Origin: Candidatus Nitrospira inopinata
GTDB taxonomy: Bacteria > Nitrospirota > Nitrospiria > Nitrospirales > Nitrospiraceae
Assembly: GCF_001458695.1 (NCBI RefSeq)
Contig: NZ_LN885086.1
Span: forward strand, 270,001 to 302,000
Length of the DNA: 32,000 nucleotides
Direction of reading: 5' to 3'
Each line of letters begins with the position of its first letter. Position 1 is the stretch's first letter. Under the pieces are notes generated by a model. It saw nothing but the letters and a program-made list of their open reading frames with translations. It was not told the origin of the DNA and searched no databases. Shown in pieces: positions 17,974-23,520 of this stretch. The position numbers and the translations under genes were made by a program.

Positions 17974-19410
17974 TCAGACGTCGATCGAGGTCACGGCCGA
18001 CGGGCGAACGACCCACACCATGACGCCGGCGAAGAGAAAAGAACCGATCGCCGCAAACCCAAGAAACCATTCCAGCTTGGCGAACAACGCGAACAGCACG
18101 AGCGTCACCGAGAAATCCCGACTGGCGACGTTCTTGAGCATGAAATCCGCCCATGCCGCATCCGACGGCGCCTTCCACCGATTCGCGGCCTTGATTTTCT
18201 GCGCCCGCTCCACCAGCGCAAACGACAACCCGTTTCCCAGCACGGCCGTCGCGCCGAGCGCCAACATGCTCCACGCCCACGGCTGTCCCGTCTGCGCCGT
18301 GTAGAGCCCGACCGCGATACCCGCAAAGATGGCCATGTGCACGAGATTGTCCATAAACAGGTCCAGCCAGGCGCCGAACGGCGATTCGGCGAACGTCAGT
18401 CGCGCCACTTCGCCGTCGCAGCAATCGATGACGGCCGCCAACTGGAACACCAGCGCCGCGGCGACTCCCGCCCCGTAGGTTCCCATAGAAAATCCCGCCG
18501 CGGCCGTAAAGCCGATCAGAGAGGCCACGACCGTAATGACATTGGGAGACAGTCCTGCGGCGAGAAACAGGCGCGTGAACCAACGGGAAACCTTGCGGTT
18601 GAAATACCGATCGACGAACCCCTCCGTGTCGCTCCTCAGGGAGCGGAACAGCTTCTTCTCAGCGATCGGCAGATCGTCGGGAGTTCTGACCGCCTGATAC
18701 CACAGGCCGCGGTCCTCCGCCGTTTCTATGACGCGCACGCGCCCCTCGACCGCCGCCCGTTCCAGCCAACGGCGGATCGGCAGCCGACCGTTCTCCGTCC
18801 CGGCGCCCCGCGCGGCGCTCATCAGACCGGCCGGCAAGACCGCCATTTCGGCGGCGGACGGCGCCGAATCATCGAAATGCGCGGGAGCAAACGACGTCAA
18901 TCGCTCGGCGCGGGTTCTCAGCCGGACGCCTCCGCCCGTCACCGCCTTGGACGATCGCAACGTCGCTTGCGCCACGACCATCGCCTCGCCGTCTCGCGCC
19001 TCTTGCCTGAGATGCTCAATCAAACCTCGCGAGAAGACCGCGTTCGCACTCAAGACAAGGGCGCAGTCGCCCACCTCGGCGCCCAAAAACTCCCACGTCC
19101 TCGGATCATCGAGCGGAAATTCCCGGACCGGCATCCATCGCACGGGGATCGTCACCCGCGGCCCGTTGCACAAGGATTGTTTGAGCTGTTCTTCCTCGGG
19201 ACCGGCCAACACGATCAATTGGCGGATTCCCCCTCGCTGCAACGTGAGGATCGCGCGCTGAAACAGCCCGATTCCCACCACGCTCGTCAGCGGTCCCACT
19301 GCTTCCCTCCGCCGCCCGATCGAATCGCCGAACAAGTCGACCGACGGCAGCAGAATTGCCGTCGTCAATCCTTGGATCCCGACTCGTTTCTGGACAAGAC
19401 TCTCGTTCAT
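17974..19410 (-). CDS. Bifunctional protein: N-terminal nucleotidyltransferase-fold domain plus C-terminal CDP-alcohol phosphatidyltransferase (IPCT/DIPPS-like architecture)
   Basis: The C-terminal half has an exact CDP-OH-P-transferase motif, D-G-x2-A-R-x8-G-x3-D-x3-D (DGEVARLTFAESPFGAWLDLFMD, nt 18349-18417), within about 6 TM helices. The N-terminal ~250 aa resemble an NTP-transferase fold (PLTSVVGIGLFQRAILTLQRGGIRQLIVLAG), but the glycine-rich signature is degenerate (AILLPSVDLFGDSIGRRR). Confidence 0.85.
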   Translation of the reverse strand: MNESLVQKRVGIQGLTTAILLPSVDLFGDSIGRRREAVGPLTSVVGIGLFQRAILTLQRGGIRQLIVLAGPEEEQLKQSLCNGPRVTIPVRWMPVREFPLDDPRTWEFLGAEVGDCALVLSANAVFSRGLIEHLRQEARDGEAMVVAQATLRSSKAVTGGGVRLRTRAERLTSFAPAHFDDSAPSAAEMAVLPAGLMSAARGAGTENGRLPIRRWLERAAVEGRVRVIETAEDRGLWYQAVRTPDDLPIAEKKLFRSLRSDTEGFVDRYFNRKVSRWFTRLFLAAGLSPNVITVVASLIGFTAAAGFSMGTYGAGVAAALVFQLAAVIDCCDGEVARLTFAESPFGAWLDLFMDNLVHMAIFAGIAVGLYTAQTGQPWAWSMLALGATAVLGNGLSFALVERAQKIKAANRWKAPSDAAWADFMLKNVASRDFSVTLVLFALFAKLEWFLGFAAIGSFLFAGVMVWVVRPSAVTSIDV

Positions 19411-19463
19411 TTGAACGCCGTTCGATTCAACTCTGCTCTCGGCATGGGACTCCGTTCACTTTC

Positions 19464-20183
19464 TCATAATTTCGGCAATACGTCCAATTCGGCTTTTCTC
19501 ACGTCGTCGGGAAAATCGATCTCCGTCCACGGCAACCCGCCGATCCGCTCATAGCCGACCGGGACCGTTTGGAAAAAGGGGAGCAGCGCGTCCTCGTATT
19601 CCATGTTCCACGCCCCTTGATCGACGAACGACCGCAGCGAGTCGATCAAATAGGGGGTGTCGGCGTGCCGCACCCGGAGAAATCCCACACCCTCCCCCGC
19701 AAAGTCATACCGATCCGGCAGCCGTTTCGACAGGGCAATCACGCGCCCGCCCGCCACGGCCACCATACATTCTTCGCCCGTCTGCACGACGGTTTCGTCC
19801 ATCAGCAGGACGCTTTCGTGGGGCGACTCCACCAGGCGCCTGAGAATATCGCGGTGAAAGAGCACGTCCGCGTCCATCACGATCACGTCGTCGTCAAGCG
19901 CCGCGCGGGCGATCCAGAGCGAAGAAATGCTGCCCCGATGAAATTCCTCGTTGACCAGAAAATTTACCGCGACCCCCGAGACATCCCGCCCCACCGCCTG
20001 GCGGATCATCTCCTGCTTGTATCCCACCACGATGTCGGCCCGCTTGATGCCGAGCCACGCCAACGTCTCCAGATAGCGATGGAGCAACGACCGCTCCCCG
20101 ATTTCGATCAGGCACTTGGGACGATGCTGGGTGACCGGCCACAGCCGCTTCCCGACGCCGGCCGCGAGGATGACCGCTTTCAT
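19464..20183 (-). CDS. LicC-like nucleotidyltransferase (candidate phosphonate cytidylyltransferase, PntC-like)
   Basis: MKAVILAAGVGKRLWPVTQHRPKCLIEIGERSLL carries the canonical LAAGxGxRL signature. The C-terminal WTEIDFPDD is LicC-like. The ATG at 20183 overlaps the upstream transaminase stop (ATGA at 20180-20183). Confidence 0.85.
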   Translation of the reverse strand: MKAVILAAGVGKRLWPVTQHRPKCLIEIGERSLLHRYLETLAWLGIKRADIVVGYKQEMIRQAVGRDVSGVAVNFLVNEEFHRGSISSLWIARAALDDDVIVMDADVLFHRDILRRLVESPHESVLLMDETVVQTGEECMVAVAGGRVIALSKRLPDRYDFAGEGVGFLRVRHADTPYLIDSLRSFVDQGAWNMEYEDALLPFFQTVPVGYERIGGLPWTEIDFPDDVRKAELDVLPKL

Positions 20184-21262
20184 ACGGTCCCGCACGCGCG
20201 CTCGAAGGCGCCGAGAAATCCCGTCACCTGCGCTTCGGTCAGCGCCCCCATGTTGGCCACGCGGAAAATCCTGTTTTCCAAATTGCCCTGGCCGGCGTAG
20301 ATGACGTAGCCTTCGGCTTTGAGCCGGTCGTGCAGCGTCCGATAGGACAAGCCTTCGGGCAAATAATACGCCGTGATCGTGTTCGATTGACGATCGTGAG
20401 GGAGCACCGCTTTGACGCCCAGCTTGGCCATGCGTTCGCGAATGACCGCCGCCATTTTCTTGTAGCGTCGAATCCGATTGGCCACCCCCTCTTCCAGCAG
20501 CTCGCTCAAGGCTTCATCAAAGGCGTAGTACACCTGAACCGCCGGCGTGAACGGAATCGTGCCCCGCCCTTCGTCGTCGATATAATGCGTCAGGTGCAGA
20601 TACCACGATCGCTTGGGGTACGACCTCATCCGCTCGACAAATCCCTTGCGCACGAGCACGAACGAGACGCCGGGGAATCCCTGGATGCACTTCCCCGCCG
20701 TGCCCACCACCATGTAAATGTGCGACTTGGCGATATCGAGAGGTTCTCCGGCCAATGCGCTGACGGCATCCAGCACGAAGACGCGATTCTGCCCGTCGAC
20801 GATCTCGGCGATCTCCTGCACCGGGTTGATCAGGCCGGTCGTGGTTTCGTGATGGACCATGGCGACCGCGTGGACCTCCTGATGCTGTCGCAGCGCCAGC
20901 AGCAATTTGTCGGGATCCGGCCGCTCCGTCCAGTCATGCTTCAACTCGCTCACGCCCAAGCGATGGAGCCCGACGATCTGGGACATACGGTCCCCGTAGA
21001 CGCCGTTATTGATGATGAGGACGCGGCGGCCGTGAGGCAACGACGACATCAACGCGGCTTCGACGGCGGCCGTGCCGGACCCGGTGACGACCACCGCCAC
21101 GTAGTCCGACTCCGCTCCCGGCACGAACGCCGTGAGCAGCTTGGCTTGAATGCGGTGCAGCAGTTCCGTGAATTCCGACTCGCGGTGACAGACGTCCGGG
21201 CGCAGCAACGCCTGCCGCACGCGCTCACTGACGTTGACCGGTCCGGGATTGAGAAGGATCAT
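20180..21262 (-). CDS. phnW: 2-aminoethylphosphonate:pyruvate aminotransferase-like class V aminotransferase
   Basis: MILLNPGPVNVSERV... resembles the PhnW N-terminus (LLLTPGPL). The PLP-lysine context GTAGKCIQGFPG matches PhnW SSANKCIQGVPG. An alternative GTG start lies at 21319. Confidence 0.87.
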   Translation of the reverse strand: MILLNPGPVNVSERVRQALLRPDVCHRESEFTELLHRIQAKLLTAFVPGAESDYVAVVVTGSGTAAVEAALMSSLPHGRRVLIINNGVYGDRMSQIVGLHRLGVSELKHDWTERPDPDKLLLALRQHQEVHAVAMVHHETTTGLINPVQEIAEIVDGQNRVFVLDAVSALAGEPLDIAKSHIYMVVGTAGKCIQGFPGVSFVLVRKGFVERMRSYPKRSWYLHLTHYIDDEGRGTIPFTPAVQVYYAFDEALSELLEEGVANRIRRYKKMAAVIRERMAKLGVKAVLPHDRQSNTITAYYLPEGLSYRTLHDRLKAEGYVIYAGQGNLENRIFRVANMGALTEAQVTGFLGAFERACGTV

Positions 21263-21343
21263 CTCGCCTCGCAACCTACGGCGGGAAGGACTCGGCCGCT
21301 CGCCCGTGTTCGGCGGCACGGTCCGTCGCGCCTTCCTTTTTGC

Positions 21344-21922
21344 TCATTCGATGGCTTTCATGAACCGGTTTGTCAGATCGGGGGGGTCGAGCGCGATCCG
21401 CTCCGCCTCCTCCTGAAACTCGTTGACCTTGATCAGCAACATGCTGGGGCCGTCTTTCTTGAGCAGCTCTCGGAACTCGTACACGAGGTCCTCGCGATCG
21501 AGTACCCGGACGACGTTGACGTACCCGGCGGCTTTCGCCACTTTCTCCAACGGCACGACGTTGGAGATCGTCGGCTGATTGCCGGTCGTGCCGTACACTT
21601 CGTTGTCGAAGACCACGTGGATGAAATTTTTCGGCTTCAACGCTCCGACCGTCGCCAAGGTCCCCATGCCCATGAGCACGTTGCCGTCGCCGTCGAACGT
21701 CACGACCTGCTTGTGCGGCTTGGCCAACGCAACACCCAGCGCGATGGCCGGGGCATTGCCCATCGACCCGATCATGTAAAAATGCGTCGGACGGTCGGCG
21801 ATTTTCTGCGTCTCGCGCGACGGAAACCCGTTGCAGACGACGACCGGCTGATCGGTCAACAGTTCCAGCAACGCCCCGATCGCCTGGGCGCGGCTGATCA
21901 AGGTGCCTTCTTCCGGCCTCAT
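21344..21922 (-). CDS. Phosphonopyruvate (sulfopyruvate-type) decarboxylase, beta subunit (ThDP-binding PP domain)
   Basis: 192 aa with the ThDP motif GDGNVLMGMGTLATVGALKPKNFIHVVFDNE (GDG-x24-27-N). GAGAGGA lies 5 nt upstream of the ATG at 21922. Its size and order match ComE-like beta subunits. Confidence 0.87.
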   Translation of the reverse strand: MRPEEGTLISRAQAIGALLELLTDQPVVVCNGFPSRETQKIADRPTHFYMIGSMGNAPAIALGVALAKPHKQVVTFDGDGNVLMGMGTLATVGALKPKNFIHVVFDNEVYGTTGNQPTISNVVPLEKVAKAAGYVNVVRVLDREDLVYEFRELLKKDGPSMLLIKVNEFQEEAERIALDPPDLTNRFMKAIE

Positions 21923-22039
21923 GGCAATCCTCTCGTCATACGCGGCCTCTCACTCGCCATGCGGCGGGGCGAAGCCGCGGCCGCTTGCGATCCCACCAAC
22001 CAACGCTTTCCCGTTCAAGACAGCTCACGGCAAGACGGC

Positions 22040-22537
22040 TCACGGATGGAGCCCCTTCACGACCCCCTTCGTGATCAGGAGCGCCACCGGAATCCGTCTA
22101 TTGTGATAGACATCCGCCACCCAGGCAAAGTCTTCCTTCGCCGTTTTCTCCGACAAGGTCCGATGCGGAATGGTCATCGTATCCAGAAACTGCGGCAGGA
22201 CCTGGCCCATGATCAGATGCTCCGGCGCGTCTTTTCCTCCGTAGCCCCTCCACGACACGATCAGAATGCAAGGCTGGCGGTAAATCATGTTCAACGAAAT
22301 CAACGTATTGAGCGACGTTCCCAACCCCGAATTTTGCATCAACACCGCCGGCATCTTGCCCGCCATATAGGCGCCGGCCGCCATGCCCACCGCCTCGTCC
22401 TCCCGCACCGCGGGAATGTACAACCCGCGATTCATAAGCTCGGCGATGATGCCGCCCAGAATCGAGTCGGGTACTCCGGTAAAAAAATTCACTCCCATCG
22501 CCTGGAGAGACTGAACAAACTCGTCGCCGTCGATCAT
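22040..22537 (-). CDS. Phosphonopyruvate (sulfopyruvate-type) decarboxylase, alpha subunit (ThDP pyrimidine-binding domain)
   Basis: MIDGDEFVQSLQAMGVNFFTGVPDSILGG...REDEAVGMAAGAYMAGKMPAVLMQNSGLG is typical of the N-terminal PYR domain of ComD/Ppd. The ATG at 22537 (AAGGTG 7 nt upstream) lies downstream of the mapped promoter. The track ORF start at 22699 lies upstream of that promoter. Confidence 0.85.
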   Translation of the reverse strand: MIDGDEFVQSLQAMGVNFFTGVPDSILGGIIAELMNRGLYIPAVREDEAVGMAAGAYMAGKMPAVLMQNSGLGTSLNTLISLNMIYRQPCILIVSWRGYGGKDAPEHLIMGQVLPQFLDTMTIPHRTLSEKTAKEDFAWVADVYHNRRIPVALLITKGVVKGLHP

Positions 22538-22603
22538 GTCTCGCACCTTGTTTCCGCTTCCCCGTCGGGAAGTCGCTGGCCGAAGCATCCGGAGAAGTGG
22601 CGC

Positions 22604-22632
22604 ATTATAGGCCAGCGTCTCTTCATTCTCAA
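22604..22632 (-). promoter_or_regulatory. Strong sigma70-type promoter TTGAGA-17-TATAAT for the six-gene phosphonate operon
   Basis: Minus strand: the -35 TTGAGA (22632-22627), an exact 17-nt spacer, then a perfect -10 TATAAT (22609-22604). The predicted TSS is near 22597, about 60 nt upstream of the alpha-subunit ATG. Confidence 0.6.
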
Positions 22633-22758
22633 GAAACGCGACGCCGAAAAGAGGTCGGTTGCGCGAGATTTTCTTCCATGGTAGATAGCGTTCGATCACA
22701 CTGCGCGAGGCCGTTCTTTTTATTTGTTATTTTTATTACAGACCTCGTTTTGAACGCC

Positions 22759-23289
22759 ATGAACGACGCCGGTTCGCCATCGTGGGGCCTGGGGCTTGTA
22801 TCGCTTTTCCTGTGTTTGGCCCTTCCCGCGAACCCGTCGTGGGCCGTTCCGATGCTGAACGATCCCAAAGGATTTCACGACATTCCATGGGGAAGTCCGC
22901 TCGCGGCGCGGGACGACTTGGAAGTACTGCGAGCCGGAGCCCACATCACGGAATACCGGCCCAAAAATCGGGAGACGACGTTCGCCGGCGTCGAGATGAC
23001 GAGCATCCTGTACGTGGCGTTCGACGATCAATTCGCTCGGGTGACCATTCGCTACGAGGGAGACTTAGTCCACAAGCACGTGCTCGATTTCCTGGAAACC
23101 CGGCACGGCCCTCTCCAACGGATCCCCGGACAGATGACGCGCGGACTCAACCAACAATACACATGGCGCGGATCGGACACCGAAATCACCCTCACCTATC
23201 AAGCCGGCACGGAACGCGGCTTCATTTTTATCGACAGTCGATCCCTCGCGCCGCGATTCAACGACGACCTGACCGACTCGGCGGAATAA
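22759..23289 (+). CDS. Hypothetical secreted protein (176 aa) between the two arms of the phosphonate locus
   Basis: The ATG at 22759 gives the signal peptide MNDAGSPSWGLGLVSLFLCLALPANPSWA|VPML. The upstream part of the track ORF overlaps the divergent promoter and gene. I recognise no family. An AT-rich stretch (22715-22740) precedes it. Confidence 0.55.
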   Translation: MNDAGSPSWGLGLVSLFLCLALPANPSWAVPMLNDPKGFHDIPWGSPLAARDDLEVLRAGAHITEYRPKNRETTFAGVEMTSILYVAFDDQFARVTIRYEGDLVHKHVLDFLETRHGPLQRIPGQMTRGLNQQYTWRGSDTEITLTYQAGTERGFIFIDSRSLAPRFNDDLTDSAE

Positions 23290-23490
23290 CGCCTCGCTCG
23301 CCGGGCGCGTCTCGATCGAACCGCCGACGCGATTCGTCCCCCCTTATGGATGCGGCTTCGCCGACACAAGCCGGTCCGTTGACGACGTCCCCCGCCCATC
23401 CAGACTTTTCGCCCAAACAAATCCGCTCTTTCCACTCTTCGCTTCCGGGTGCCTCATACGGGACAGGCGCGCGTTCCCGCAAACTTTTCA

Positions 23491-23520
23491 TTGACATCCC
23501 GCCCGCCGCTTTCGCATGAT
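23491..23520 (+). promoter_or_regulatory. Candidate promoter TTGACA-18-CATGAT immediately upstream of, and overlapping, the pepM-fusion start region
   Basis: TTGACA at 23491-23496 and CATGAT at 23515-23520. The in-frame ATG at 23528 ([11 protein letters not shown]...) begins 7 nt after the -10, which is a leaderless-type arrangement. Confidence 0.35.

Noticed and set aside
21923-22044. Short direct repeat GCTCACGG...GGCTCACGG and a GC-rich imperfect hairpin in the Ppd alpha-beta spacer, considered as a defined regulatory element.
   Set aside because: The repeat is only 8 nt and partly overlaps the alpha-subunit stop codon. The hairpin has an asymmetric internal loop and no U-tract. Evidence is too weak for a feature call, so it is mentioned only within the split-Ppd finding.
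21344-22537. Reading the split decarboxylase as a genuine sulfopyruvate decarboxylase (coenzyme M or taurine/sulfonate pathway).
   Set aside because: No comA/comB/comC-type genes or sulfonate-related genes are present. The neighbours are a PEP-mutase-scaffold protein, a PhnW-like transaminase and LicC-like nucleotidyltransferases, which fit phosphonopyruvate. The question stays open until biochemistry is done, and I note this under findings.
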